64,000 bases of DNA from Felis catus (taxonomy: Eukaryota). Position numbers and translations under genes: made by a program. The notes beneath the pieces are model-generated. The model made no database searches. It was not told the origin of the DNA and saw only the letters and a program-made list of their open reading frames with translations. The stretch covers positions 42,348,001 through 42,412,000 of the forward strand of contig NC_058368.1 of the NCBI RefSeq assembly GCF_018350175.1, written 5' to 3'. Shown piece by piece: positions 12,951 through 27,027 of this stretch (position 1 is its first letter; the number at the start of each line of letters is the position of its first letter).

Positions 12951-13243
12951 AAGCTATTAATTCTATGAGAATATATATATATGTGTGTGTGTGTATGTAT
13001 ATATATATATATATATTATTAACCACTTAAATTATCAAAGCTATATTAACTTCTATGAGAATATATACACACATATACATACATATATACATCATATATA
13101 TACACACATATACATACATATACATATTACATACACACATACATATATATACATATACATACATATGCATACGTACATACACATATACATATACATATTA
13201 TATATATATATATATATAATTAAGCCACTTAAATTATCAAAGC
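12951..13243. repeat. Two-copy local tandem duplication, each copy with an internal microsatellite
   Basis: Anchors 'ttctatgagaatatata' (12961, 13051) and 'ccacttaaattatcaaagc' (13023, 13225) each occur twice. Confidence 0.9.
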
Positions 13244-13569
13244 CAAAATACCATACCTATTTGTATTTATAAAGAACAAACATATTTGTACTTATGAAGA
13301 ATTAAATATAATTACCCTTAACTCTTACAGTCAATATCCATAATTGGTTAGCAAAGAATGACTTGATTTTTTTTTAACTACATGTTGTTAGTATTGACTT
13401 GATATGGAATGTCCTTATCAGAGCAAAGAGATTAAAGCGCACACAAAAAATAAAACTACAAACTTGGAATCTCACTCGTTCTGAGTGGTTTCACCTGCAA
13501 TCTGAGCAAAAATGGATCCTAGGCAAACTTTCTTAAAATTATATCCTTTCCTTACTTTTGTAAAAGAAT

Positions 13570-14636
13570 GTCTTATGTGTATTCCAATGAAAAAAACAAA
13601 GACCCTGTATCACATTTCATTGAGAAAATAAAGACATTTAGCAGAAACTTCATATTTTTTTCCAAAATGTCTATAAATCCACATAGTCCTAAATCTATGT
13701 TTTCCATCATCTTGCTAATTAACAATACTGGAAATATCTTTCTTCCTATTAAGTATTGATATAACCATCTGTCTTGGAGTCAACCCCCACGGACCATGCC
13801 TTCTCAAAGACATCCTTCCCCTGAATCTTCAGCATTCCTTTCTAATGGATCATCCTAACCACATACAAACATTCTATCACTCTCATTTTAAAACAAAACA
13901 ACCAATTGCATTTTACTCTGCACTTCCTTTAAAATATCATCTATTTTCTCTTCTCTCAATTATGTTCAAAGTTCTTAAAAGAGTTGCTTGTTCTAATTAG
14001 GTTTTCTCCATTATAACTCAAAAAAAAAAAGCTACAATCCTAGGACCACCAATTACCTCCACATCTGTCAAATTAAATCATATGGATACTTTTTAGTGTT
14101 CCTTTCACACAACTGACCACATTATATATGACTGTCCTCCTCTACCCTCCTTCTTCCTTCTTCTTCCATCCCTCTCCTTTCCCTCTCTCTCTCTTTGGCT
14201 TTGCTCACATACCACCTGGTAGTTATTTTCTCCCATCCCACTGCCTGTCTGTCTTTGATTTTCTTTCCCATTTCATTCTCTTCTATTTAACTACTAACTA
14301 CTAAAACTCTTAAGAGCTCAGCTTGGAGTGATTTTTTTTTCCCTACAAGGTAATATCTTCTATTCCCATTTGCTTTTAATATCATCTATTTAGAAATGAT
14401 ATCCACATTAAGTAAATATATAAACTATATACATACATACACATACATATACTTATATTTATCATCTATCTTTCTATCTTAACTTCTGATCCTTCCAACA
14501 ACTTGTTTTTATCTCGTTTCTCCATTTCAAGAAATGGCAGTGTTGATTATTCAGTTGCTCATGTTCCCAACCTGAGTGGCATTGTTAAAATCTCCATCCC
14601 CCTCATCAGCCCCATCAAGAGGTAATCTTGATCATA

Positions 14637-14684
<48 letters not shown>

Positions 14685-15170
14685 TCTCTCCATCTCCATA
14701 GTCCAAGTGCAAGCTCACTTCATACAGGATGGCCAGGATAATCTTATAAAAGTATAATGGGATCATGTATTCTCCTATCTAAAATGATTGTTAATTTAAA
14801 AGTAAGATAAAGATTTATTATCTTGGCTAGCATATTCTTATGATTTCTAACCACTTCAATCACTCTCCAGTGTTCTAGAATCTTCTATCCATCCTTCAGT
14901 TCTCATGTTGAATTATTACTTCCTATAAGACAATTTTCCTTATTTGATCTAAAGAAAGTCCCTTTTTCCTTTCTTATACCCTCTATTTTTCCAGTACAAT
15001 CCTTATTACAATTTGTAATCATATAGTCCTTTGCATGCTTACTTATTTAAAACTAATCACTAATTTTAAAGAATCATAAAAATTGTGTTTGTATATGATT
15101 TCTTTACTACTTTATATGCAACCCCTTGCTTTACACTTGAGAATCAGTAGGCATTTAATAAATATTTTCC
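13570..15170 (+). mobile_element. Degenerate L2 LINE, interrupted by microsatellites
   Basis: Pyrimidine-rich L2-like sequence ending in 'cagtaggcatttaataaatatttt'; boundaries approximate. Confidence 0.55.
14638..14680. repeat. (CA)n microsatellite
   Basis: Perfect CA run. Confidence 0.95.
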
Positions 15171-15724
15171 AAAGAAACAAATACTGTAGCAAAACCCTTT
15201 CAGTAGTAAAGAGCATTAAGGTAAAATTCAGTATAAATCTAAAACAAAATAAACAAAAAATGCATAAAAACACACATGCTGGTTCCAAGCTGTTTTATAA
15301 GCTATATTTGTTCCATCATACCCAGCCTTTGTACAATGCTTATTAAAGTAAGCTCCATGTGTTTTGCTATTAACAGTCTATTTTAAACATGTGCTATATG
15401 TTAGGTGTTATATCTATTAACAGAATATATAAAGTACTAACCTTAAGGAAATTTCAAGAATAAGGTAAAATAAGGCTAAGACATTAAAAAAATATAACAA
15501 GTAAGTTATACTCAAAAAATATACTTGAAAAAGATTTAATTTTTCTTTATTACTAATATAACTACTTATCTAAAACTTGACTCAATTTAAACATACTGAA
15601 TTCTTGTATTTTATTAAAGATCCTGTTAATTATACAATTTCTACTGAAAAAAAAAAACCTTCCTTGGTTGATTAACTTATTAATGGAATTCCTGCTATTC
15701 TATAAATTAAAACTCTGTACTTAC

Positions 15725-15792
15725 TGAACGCAATATATTTACATCCACTTTCTTGATTTGTCGTAATGCTCATTGCAAACATTATTAAATAG
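15725..15792 (-). other. Candidate 68-nt internal exon
   Basis: Acceptor catttcagtttatttttag|C; donor TCA|gtaagt; unique sequence with two CpGs; one open frame (YLIMFAMSITTNQESGCKYIAF). Confidence 0.35.
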
Positions 15793-16799
15793 CTAAAAAT
15801 AAACTGAAATGGTGAAAGTTGAAAATTAACATGGAAAATTGGCCTAAAATTTATGACAGGGGTAAGATTTATTTGCCAGTAACAATAAATAACAAATCCC
15901 TTATATCAACTCCTATAAAATACACATTTTCCTATAGAAGGTGTTCCAAAATCTACCAAAAAGCCAAAATTACAAGACATACATAGAAGTAAACATGAGT
16001 AAAAACTAGGATGTTGAAAGTACAGTATAATTCAACAGTTATAAAAGGAAGATTGGAAGTACCCTTTTCCGCTTTGGCTGAATTTGTTAAGTATCTGAAT
16101 GCTGTCTTCCAGCCCTACCAACACCCAGGCTTTCCTGAAAGGAAGACAGTGTCACCTGCTCCCCCTATCTACCTCCTCAAAATGTCTTAGATCATTTCTA
16201 CCACGTGTATCAAAACTGGCCTGCTCAGAGCACCTCCTCCAAATACTGCCTTATAAAAGAAATGGTGAGAATGTATGCTTTATGCAGAAAATTTAGGAAA
16301 AGAGAAAACACTTGGATTCTTCAATCTCCCAAGCAATATTTTTTTAACAAATGTGAACTCCTGGTTTTGATGTACATTTAAATTTATTGTATGTTCTATT
16401 GTATGTTCCGTTTTTTTCAAGAGTGAAATTTTCATTGAAACTTTAAAGTTGAAAAAGTTATCAGTTAACAAAAGGTAGCTTCTCTAGGAAAAAAACTAAG
16501 TTTATTTATGCTTATCAATAAAGATTTCTATAAAAGTTCTGAGAAAGGAGCAGTCCGCTGATAAGGGAGTCCCACTCAAAGTAGAAGCTTATGGCTGGAA
16601 ATAAATAATTTTGTTCTTTCTCCCATTGTTTCTCAGCATCTTTGGGTTCATTACTGTTTTCCTTCCATATGACGAATAAACTAGGATAAATACAATCCTT
16701 TCTCTTTCTTGTTTTTAGCAAATCAGACAGGAGCTCTGTACCTCTCATTAGTTGTCCTAAAAGATCTACTTCCCTTTTACACATAACTGCTTTCAAATT

Positions 16800-16960
16800 A
16801 GGCAGTATGAAGATCATAACTTTGAGGTCAAATAGGTTTGGGTTCAAAATCCTTTGGGCAAGCTAAACAGTTTCCTCATTTTTAAAATGGAACACATGCG
16901 TCACAGATTGTTGAAAGGTTTGCACGAGATTTCAGAAGCACCAAAAAATTAATGGCTCAT
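16800..16960 (+). mobile_element. MIR fragment
   Basis: 'gggttcaaaatcc...gggcaagctaaacagtttcctcatttttaaaatgg' MIR core. Confidence 0.6.
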
Positions 16961-17096
16961 TTTTTCAGTGTTTACTATACAGTACTCATTATACTATTTC
17001 TCTCCCTTAATTTCAGTTTTTGACATGGCTAAATTGAATGCTTACTTATGTAGAAAAATGTACATATGTTCACAACATCTACTATATTTCAGTTTC

Positions 17097-17330
17097 TTTT
17101 TTTTAATTTTTTTAATGTTTATTTATTTTTGAGAGAGAGAGAGATAGAGAGCGGGGGGGGAGGGGGGAGAAGGAGAGAGAGAGAGAGGGAGACACAATCC
17201 AAAGCAGGCTCCAGGCTCTGAGCGGTCCGCACAGTACCCAATGCAGGGCTTGAACCCACGTGCCAGAACCGTGAGATCATGACCTGAGCAGAAGTCAGAC
17301 ACCCAACTGACTGAGCCACCCAGGCGCCCC
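17097..17330 (-). mobile_element. Can-SINE (felid type)
   Basis: Reverse SINE ending 'gagccacccaggcgcccc'; degenerate TSD tatatttcagtttcttt/tacatatcagtctcttt. Confidence 0.96.
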
Positions 17331-18546
17331 TACATATCAGTCTCTTTATTGATATTAAAGAGTGATTCCTCAAAAGACGTGTTTTCAGACATATTTTTAT
17401 CCAGTGGGTACTTGCAACTTTATACTATGTAATCAATTACACTGTATAGATATAGACTGCTATGGTTGTGTGTGTGTGTGTATAATAAGTAAAATATACA
17501 TATATTATATGTAAATTAAACGTTAGTTTTATTGTCAATATTTACAATTTCTCTCTAAAAAAAAAAAAAGAAGAAGAAGAACGATCCCAACTTCTGCTAG
17601 TGACATTCAGTGGAAGGGAAGAAAATGACCCAAGAAAGTCATTTGGAGAGATTAAATGTTTTAGTCATCACTAACATCTCAATTACCTAATAGGTTATCT
17701 GGACACAAACATCCAGTTTTGAAGACCTTAAATAGAATTTTTCAAAGTAGGATCATATCTCCTTCAACTTTAGTTTAAAAAACTCCTGTCAAAAATTTCC
17801 CTTATTTAAAAAAAAAAAAAGCAATTTTATATTCAGTAAGGGATTTTGGAGAAGAGGAGAATCACCATTTAACCTGTTGCTACACTATACACACATTATG
17901 TATACAACATATCATATACACAATTATTCACACAAAATACATGCATGTATATTTACAAAATGGTGGGGGAGATTATCTATCTCCAAACCCACCTACCATT
18001 AATTACATGTCTGGGATTAATCCAACACTGAAATGAGTCAAAAATTACTTATTGTATATTGATTAAAGCAGGGGCTGGGCAGGCATGAACATCATGGTGT
18101 TTTCCTCCTCCTACCTCTGATACAAGGAATATATGTTCTCAGATGAGTTAGATCATAGACTATACTAGTTGGTTTAAGTAACATAGTCCAATAATTTCAT
18201 TAGAGCATATGTTTAGGACAGCGCAGATGGAAAATATTTTATTAGTTTTTTTTGAATAATTGTATCTTACTCTCTCATTTTAAGTATGATCTAGATACCA
18301 TATGCCAGAACTTCCATGAAAATGCACAGTTCTAAGTCTTGTATTAAATATTCCATACTGTGAATACTGAACATTTTATAATACTAATATGATTGATTAT
18401 TAACATAAGAGAGGCTATATAAATATAATATAAAAATATTATATTTTAAATAGCACAGTATTAATATTAAACATTCTGTGAATATTAATATTCATGCAAA
18501 ATGTGAAAATTCTAATCATTAAAATTCAATTTAAAAATACTGTTGA

Positions 18547-18678
18547 AGGTGCACCTGGCTTGCTCAGTTGGTACAGCATGTGACTGCTGATCTCAGGGTT
18601 GTAAGTTTAAGCCCCATGTTGAGTATAGATTACTTAAAAATAAAATTTTTAAATAAAAAATTAAAAAATAATAATACA
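18547..18678 (+). mobile_element. Short Can-SINE without a CT tract (older subfamily)
   Basis: tRNA-like head plus A tail; TSD AAAAATACTGTTGA at 18533-18546 and 18679-18692. Confidence 0.9.
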
Positions 18679-19004
18679 AAAAATACTGTTGAGTAATAAG
18701 AAAATTAAACATAACTATTTCATGATAAAATTATTATAACATAGCATTAATAGTAATTGAAGCACTTTAAAATGTGTAATGCATACATGTGTGTATGTAT
18801 GTATGTATGTATGTACGTGTGTATATGTATATATACATACATATGTGAATTATATATGTAAATTATATGTTCTACTCAAAAACAACCAAAAATAATTCTG
18901 TACATTCATTCTCATTATAAAAGCACTTCTGTTTGTTTCTCATTCCTTCCAAGAGATAAATTATAGCATTTGGTTTTTTTTTACATTACATATTATCAGA
19001 GCTT

Positions 19005-19500
19005 TGGAAGGATGACTCCAGTTCTGGCCTTGAGGGTGGCCTCTGACTGCTTTGCTAATCCACATAATAAAACTCCTTACATGGTGGTTGATTTAAGGAC
19101 AGGTACACAACCCAAGAGTAAGCCAACCCATGTATGGCATCCATAGACACCACTGACTGCTTCAGGATGACCCAATGAAACAAATTGCTCTAATCTGAGG
19201 GAAGCCTAGAACTTCGGTTTGATGTTGCAGGTAGCACATTCTATGTAAGGTCAAGAACTATTACAGCATTTTGCTACCCTGAGAGAAACCAGCAAGGGAA
19301 TATGTCTTATGACAAAGCAAAGACGAACCAAGAAAGTGGCAGAAATGTAGAGCAAAATTCCTGATCAAATCATACATGAAGCTTATACATCCTGGCCTTT
19401 CAGAGAATAGAGCCAACATACTGTTTGTCTAAGACAGTTTGAGTTGTTTTGGTCTTTTTGTTGTTGTTTTTGTTTTGCTGCTGACAGCCAAGAATTACTA
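19005..19500 (+). mobile_element. Probable old ERVL/MaLR solo LTR
   Basis: LTR-like 3' part ('gagccaacatactgtttgtctaagacagtttgagttg...acagccaagaattacta'); family uncertain. Confidence 0.45.
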
Positions 19501-21143
19501 TAATATCTATCATATTACTATGACCTCCTGAGTGTTTTCAAAATATGTAAATTAAGAAGTAGCTGCAGAACTATAGACTAACTTCAGTGGGATTCCTGCC
19601 AGAGTTAATAGTGCCGTCCTGTGACAGAACAGAGATATATCTAAAGTAGCACATCTGTGTTTATACAAACACACTTACATTAAAATCATGTGTTAAGTAA
19701 TGGAAGGAAAAAAATGATACCCCATTGTCTTAATGGAATGTTTTCCGATTCCTATGAATTATTCTTAGGTGGTAAGGATTCTGCTCAGAGTTGTCACTAT
19801 CTTTAAGGGAAAAAAAAATTATGACATTTTAAAATGTCACTTTGTAGAATAAAATTCGCAGATGATTCACTATGATGGAATACTTTTTTCCCCTTTACTA
19901 TCCAGCAGAGTGGTGCCACTTAAAAAAATAATTAATAAATAAAGGTTCATTTCCAATTTGTGAAAAAGTGAATGTGTAAGAGGTTAAGCATATGTGTAAG
20001 AAAATTTGTGAGTGAAAAAAATAGAAAGAGAAGTTAGAAAGGTAATTAGCCAAATATAAATAGTTTTTGGATTATTCACTGCTTTACTTTATCCTTCTTT
20101 TGAGAAGGTAATTGGGAACTGATTGCGTTCTCAGAATTACTAGAGATGCAGCAGATGGCTTTAAAAATATTCTCAAATTAAAACATGAGTTTACTGTGTG
20201 ATCTGGCAACAGAAATCATAAACTTTTACTTTATACATTCACTCTTGTTTTCGCTGATGTAATCCAATGTAAATAAGAATTGCATTCTATTGAAAAGGAA
20301 TTTTTTGGCAAAAGTTTCATCTTGAACATCATATTCTAATACCAACTAAATAACATGAGACAAATGCTTATAACCATAGGTAACTTACTACACTCTATAT
20401 GCATTTTTACCATGCAAATACTCATACTAAGTTTTACAAAATTCAAAATTTCACAAAGACAGATATAAATAAATGGTAATTTTATCAAATGTTAGGTTAG
20501 GATTGAGAAAACCTCTTTACCAGCTCAAGATTCCATTTATTGTAAAACTGAGAACAAGGGAATCATTCACAATTTCTTTAATGGCTAGAATAATATTTGC
20601 CATCTTCTAAGGTTGCTTTTAGAATTACTGAGGTAAGACATTTAAGTGTTCATGGAAATTGGCATATGCTTTTAAGGTACCTATAATCTACACTTTGAAA
20701 CCAACATCATTTTTCCCACCTCTTCAGTATTTCCATAAGAAAGACTCACATGTGGTGCAGCAGGAAAACACACACTGCCCTGAGTGCTTAGATTAAGTTA
20801 CTTCCAGAGGCTCTCCTAGCACCGCTTGATTGACCTAGGAAAAATCACTGAAACCATCTGGCATTGGATTTCCTCATTTGTAAAAGGAAAGCAAGGATAT
20901 ATTTAGATCTTATAACAGCTAATATTTTTCAACACTCATGGAACCATACATTGGTTAGACTCAGGAAAGTAAATTATAGAAATAAAATCCAGCTCCATAT
21001 AATGAATATGAAAACTAATTTAACTATGATTGCTATTTATTACCAAAATAATTTCTACCCAATTTTTTGATTATCTTTTTCCTTTTTATAAAATAATCGA
21101 CATGTTATTTTACAAAATATCACACTTGTATATTTCTTCACTA

Positions 21144-21341
21144 TTTTTTTAAGTGTTTATTTTTGAGAGAGACAGAGAGGGAAAGTGCACATGGGAGAGG
21201 GGCAGAAAGAGAGGAAGAGAGAGTTCCAAGCAAGGCTTGGGTTGACAGTGCAGAGCAGCTCAGTCTCACAGTTCATGAGATCATGACCTGAGCCAAAATC
21301 AAGAGGCGGCTGCTTGACTGATTGAGCCTTCCAGGTGCCCC
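21144..21341 (-). mobile_element. Can-SINE (diverged)
   Basis: Reverse SINE; degenerate TSD atttcttcactattttt/atttcctcgctattttt. Confidence 0.93.
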
Positions 21342-23174
21342 AATTTCCTCGCTATTTTTAATGATAAGTAGGTTTTTAGTAATTTTCCATAATGTTGCCA
21401 AAGGTTGATTTGAGAAGGTCTTCTATATCAGCAGACCCTCCACCTCATTCTTCCTGTTCCTGCTCTGGAGGCTCTTCCAACTTGCCTAGAGAGTCTTAGC
21501 CTCGGGTTATTTGCATGTCTAATTTCTGCCTGAAGCACTTCTCCAAATTTTTGCTTGCCTAGACCATTAAGATCTCAGTTCAACCTTCATAATCTCAGAG
21601 AAGAGTCCCTGATTTGTCTAGCTATTACTGCCCATTGTACTGCAGTCTCTACTACTGTTACCTCTCAGATTTATCTTCTCCAGGGAGCTTCAAGATGAAA
21701 TCATTCTGCTTGTGTATTTGCTTGTTTTTCTCCTTTGCCCTTACAAGAATACACATTCATATACTTATATATATGAAGAATACATATTTTCTTCGCCTTG
21801 GCAAAGGACTTGTCAGTCCCTGGCAATAAAAACTACCATGATTAAAGGAATATAAAAGCGCATTTGAGGATTTATAATATATAAAAAGCTAAATGATTAT
21901 TAACATAATATAAAGTCAGTTCATTCACAGTTAATAAATTATGATCATGTTACATATTTAAGCTGTTTTCATTATTTGGCCTATCAACAAGTAGCTATAC
22001 CTAATAAAATGCATTGTATATATAATTAAATCTAATATTATGGTTTTTTCTCTTAAAGCTTATTTAAAATTTCAGGTGTTAACAAGACCAGAGTTGTTTT
22101 CTTTTTCAAGCATGAACTGTAGCAAAGTTCACAGGCTATAGTTCTCTTTTGATCTCAACCAAGCATCAACATAGCTTATTTGCATGACTGATTATAAAAT
22201 TTAGTTATTCACTGAATGATGTTCAGCTGCTGCACTGTTCAAGTTCTGTCTAATAACTACAGGGTGAATGATTGACAATGGTTTATCATCTTTCTACTGC
22301 AAAAGCAGGTAAATTAGTAAACTAGATGTTTAATTACATATGTGTGTGTTTGTATGTTAGAGTTGGGTACATTATGCTCTTGTATTTCGGAGCAGTGCTG
22401 TGCATTCTTTGTACAATCTGGGAGGGAAAAAATGTGTAGAAAAATGGTCAATCTTACCCTAAACCCTCAGTGAGTCAATAGCCATTATATTCGCTTAGCC
22501 ATGAATATGACGTACGAGTTCATAAATGCACAGGTTGTCTAATTTTCACTGGTAGGTCTCTTCATCACATCCACCAAAATGGGAACATGAGCATTTCCTG
22601 TATTTTCCTTAATATGAATAAATGATCACAACAAAACAAATGCAACTGAAGAATCTGTTTTTCATTCAGGGCAAAAAATTCAGGATAACCTGATACTATC
22701 TTTAATATGTAGATTGGAAAAAAAGTCCAAATACTAGATAATCTACCTAGACAGTTGATGGGAGAGGTATGACCTTTAGTTGCTTCTTTTATCTTGGAAT
22801 TTAAATTCATTAACATCTTATTACAATTTCTATGGTGAATCTTCAGAGTGATTTTCCAATAGATTTTTAGGGGTACTAAAGCCATGATAGCTTGAGATGC
22901 CTAAAAATATATAGCAAGATATCATCAACTACACAGAATATTAAGCTATATACTGTTCCATGAGATTTACTTCATTCTCAATGTTTTAAGTATTCAAAAT
23001 AAACATAAAATAATCACATAATAGGGTGAAATAGAGAAAAGTAAATATGCAAAACAATACATAAAGCATGATGCCATTATTATACTACCATTGCATATAT
23101 AATAGATACATATCTACTGTATGTATCTACATATGGTAATATTTATACGTATATCTGTATCTACATCATTTAAT

Positions 23175-23389
23175 TTTTTTTTTACATTTATTTATTTTTG
23201 AGAAACAGAGTGAGACAAAGCGTGAGCGGGGGAGGGGCAGAGAGAGAAGGAGACACAGAATCTGAAGCAGGCTCCAGGCTCTGAGCAAGTGGTCAGCACA
23301 GCCTGATGCAGGGCTCGAACCCACGAACTGTGAGATCATGACCTGAGCTGAAGTCGGATGCTCAACCGACTGAGCCACCCTGGCGCCCC
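23175..23389 (-). mobile_element. Can-SINE (felid type)
   Basis: Reverse SINE; TSD tatctacat(c/a)atttaat at 23158-23174 and 23390-23406. Confidence 0.97.
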
Positions 23390-24566
23390 TATCTACATAA
23401 TTTAATAGACAGATTTCACAAGCAGGAAAATTAAAAAAATAATTCAAACTAAACTATGAACAAAGCCGACCTCCACAAATGGCACTGAAGAGGGCAGAGA
23501 TTTTGATTTTTAGTTTCTACACTTCCATTTTACTTGAATGGATTACAACGAACGTGTATTGCTTTGCAATTAAAAAGAAAGCCAAACTAAAAAGGGGCCT
23601 GTAATTTATATTTTGTATGCTTCTATTTCATTCCTTCAAAGTAATGCTTTGTAATATGTATATTGCTAAGCTTCTTGGAAACATTTGAAATCAAGTTCTT
23701 TTTAATGATTCCAAGGCTACATGTTGGTATTTTTCTGCAGCATGCATGTGAAATATCTATAGAGCCCAGCTTCCTCGCCTGTTTATAAACACTCAGAGGA
23801 CCCTGGTGTGATCACTGGCATCATTACATTGCTGCTTAATAGCACATGCTGTTGATACATTAATTGCTTTATTGACTATTTTAAAAGTTTATGACCTCAT
23901 CTGCATTCCAATTTGACCTTGTTTTGCACTTTTCTAGTGAATCACCACATTCAACAACCTACATAATGTGTATTATACCAATAAATTTACAAAATGAAAA
24001 GAGAGTCATATGATATGCACCTCATTATTTTTTTAATCAACTAAATCATTGGTAGGCAGAATTTATATTGCAAAGAACTGCATAATCGCAAAACTGTGAT
24101 GCTACAGCCTCATGATTAGAAAAGATGCTCCACATTTTTTAAAATGTAATTTTCTTTTAAATAATAATTACCAGATGAGTGGGCCAGGCAATATACTCAT
24201 GGTTTGAAGCAAGGGAAGTGACTCTAAAACTTAAACTTTAAATAGAGATTATAATTAAAAATATCAAATAAATTAAGAATGTGCTTTATGATACTATAAA
24301 TATCTATTCAAAAGTATTTTGTTAATAGAATTGTTGTTTGTAAAACCTGAATACAGTCCTATGCTTCCCTAGAAATGAAGGCTTATTGGAAAATGCACAA
24401 GTTAATTAGGCCATAGAAATGTGGTTATGATGCAAGATGAAAAGAAAATCATCTATATTAAAGGCAACTTTTTAACATGTGGTCTGATGTTTATACAATA
24501 AAATCGCACTCAGAGCACTTTTGCCAATTTCTCCATTTCCAGTGCACCCTCCAAATGCCAAGAAAA

Positions 24567-24567
24567 G

Positions 24568-24608
<41 letters not shown>
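24567..24608. repeat. (GTT)n trinucleotide microsatellite
   Basis: Perfect GTT run; it produces the poly-V and poly-T ORFs in the track. Confidence 0.95.
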
Positions 24609-24609
<1 letters not shown>

Positions 24610-24801
24610 TTAAAGAGTGCTTACATAATTTCTCCCTCACTAGACACCAAATAGCAAGTTTGGGAGTTTTGTGTTGTAAAGAAGCATAAAATAAGGTATT
24701 ACATCCCATAACAGAAAGGATGACACAGATTTTGGGATATTTATTGAATTTTCATTATTGGAGAGTTTTGTTCTGTATAGTGCTCTGAGTACTTAAAAAT
24801 G

Positions 24802-25010
24802 TTGTGCCTGGGTGGCTATGTAGTAAGCATCTGACTTCGGCTCAAGCCATGATCTCACGGTTCATAGGTTCGAGCCCCTGTCGGGCTCTGTGCTGACAGC
24901 TCAGAGCCTGGAGGGTGTTTTGGATCCTGTGTCTCCCTCTCTCTCTGCCCCTCTCATGCTCGCACTCTGTCTCTGTCTCTCAAAATAAATAAACGTTAAG
25001 AAAACATTTT
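24802..25010 (+). mobile_element. Can-SINE (felid type)
   Basis: SINE body; TSD TTAAAAATG at 24793-24801 and 25011-25019. Confidence 0.95.
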
Positions 25011-27027
25011 TTAAAAATGATTTAGAAAGTAGAACTCATATAATATTTCCCATATGGAATGTAAATGAAGGAACTAGGTAAGGACACAAATGAAAGAATG
25101 GGGAAAGAATTGGGGGGTATAGAATGTTAGAACTAGATGCAATAGAGTGTAACTACCCATTCCTATTTCCTCATATGAGGAAATGGAATCCCATAATCAT
25201 TAGATGATTTATTCACAGCTTCAGGGGGTACAATGGTGACCTAAACCAAAGAGATCTTGTAACTACCTATCTAGGGCTTTGTTGCTGTTTGCAGTTGCAG
25301 AGAAAACTATGGAATCATTCAGGGTAAATAAATGGTGTACAAATTTGCTGACATATGAAAGAGAGTCTCACATACAGCAAACTTTGTTGGAGCACAACAT
25401 AAGCACTAAGCAACAGAAACTACTAAGAAGATAGGTGAGTTTTATTGAAAGAATTTTTGAGAAGCAAAAATTAAAGATCTACACTTGCTTCCCAATCACG
25501 ATGAATAAATATTAGTATAAATATGCGATGTGTTACAAATCTTGAACTAATTGTGATTCCAATTGAACTAATATGGAGAAACTAGTATGTGTAATATTGA
25601 AACATTACATTCTAATTAGTTTATGAATATTACTTGTTAAATTAGCTAAAAATATTTTCCTTAACTGACCCACCAATATCCCAAATGACCTTATGAAGTA
25701 AGACAGTCACATTGCTAGTAGGAACAGGCAGGTTCCTTAATATAGAGACTGTAGCCATTAAATAGGCTACAGTTTAATTTCATCTTTCCAATGGTTTGTG
25801 TCCTACGATCTTACAATTATTTGAGAAACAGACAAAAATTTATTCCTCCACTAATTTTATCAAGTAATAAATGCCACATGGTGATTGTAGAAATAGCACT
25901 TTATGAAATTACTCTTTGCTCCTAAGTCTTTTGTTTTTTGTTGTTTTTTTTTTTTTTACTTAACCTCTTTACCTGAAAGACTTTCATCTCAGCTTCAGCT
26001 CTAAATCACTTTATTCATGAATAATGAACTAACAATCCTGTGTACTTGTGAATTATTTTAGATATCTAAATTATTGTTAAAATTTACATTCTCACTTCAT
26101 GTGACAGTGTGTCTAATTGGCTATGCACTTGATATAGCAACCACTTCCTAAGAACCTCACAGAATATGAAAGAACAGGGTGAGCCATTAGCACAATGGGG
26201 AAATAAAAAAATTGAACAAGGAGAGGAATACTTCTTCAGATTGGCAGCATTTTCACCTGCACAATTCGAAATTACCATCTTGCTAGATGCCTAGACTATT
26301 TTCTTAGAAGAAACAAGGCACTCTGTAATAGCACATTTCAAAGACTGATTGAAAAATAATAAGTTTTCAGGTCATAGCAGTTAATAAATCTTATCAGCAA
26401 CTTTTTTTATCTAAAAGAAGATAGTAATTCTTTTCAATGGAAGAAAGGTTGTGTTTTGTTTTCATTTGGCTTCGTTTTCTACAGTTTTTGTCATTTTTCA
26501 CAGTTTTCTAATTTCTTGACAAATTTGGTAATAGTCCAGTGAATGGGGCCATTAACTTAAAGACTAAACTAAATGAGATTTAAAATAATAATCAAGTATA
26601 TCCTTCTCTCTTGAGGAGTAAAATAGGATAAAGTTTTAAAATCCAGCCTATTTTAAACAATGATAAGCAATAAACTCCAAACACTAGCAATGTCTGGGCT
26701 GGTGAAGACTCAGGTGGCAGTCCATCATCTCCTTATCCTTTTCCTTTTCCTCAGAAGTATAGAGCATTTGTAACACAGTTAAGCAAATATCAGAACCAAA
26801 TCAATATCAAAAACAAATTTAGTAGCAAACAAAATTGATAACAACTTCTCATTTACGTTCAAAGGGAATTTACATTTCTGAAGAGGGTAGATGTTTCCAC
26901 ATTTGATTTCTAATAAAATACTAAGCTTTATGCTTATTTATGTTTATTATTTCATTATCCATTGGATAACTTATATAATTTCTACTTTACAACTCGTGGT
27001 CAGCCTAATTTTGATTAAAAGTTTCCA

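Noticed and set aside
18547..18630. Possible tRNA gene
   Set aside because: tRNA-derived SINE head with an A tail and TSD; not an intact tRNA. The same applies to the other SINE heads.
24477..24709. Poly-Val and poly-Thr ORFs
   Set aside because: Translation of the (GTT)n repeat.
25955..26045. Exon ending at CAG|gtaaag (25973/25972, minus strand)
   Set aside because: Reasonable donor, but no upstream acceptor with a pyrimidine tract.
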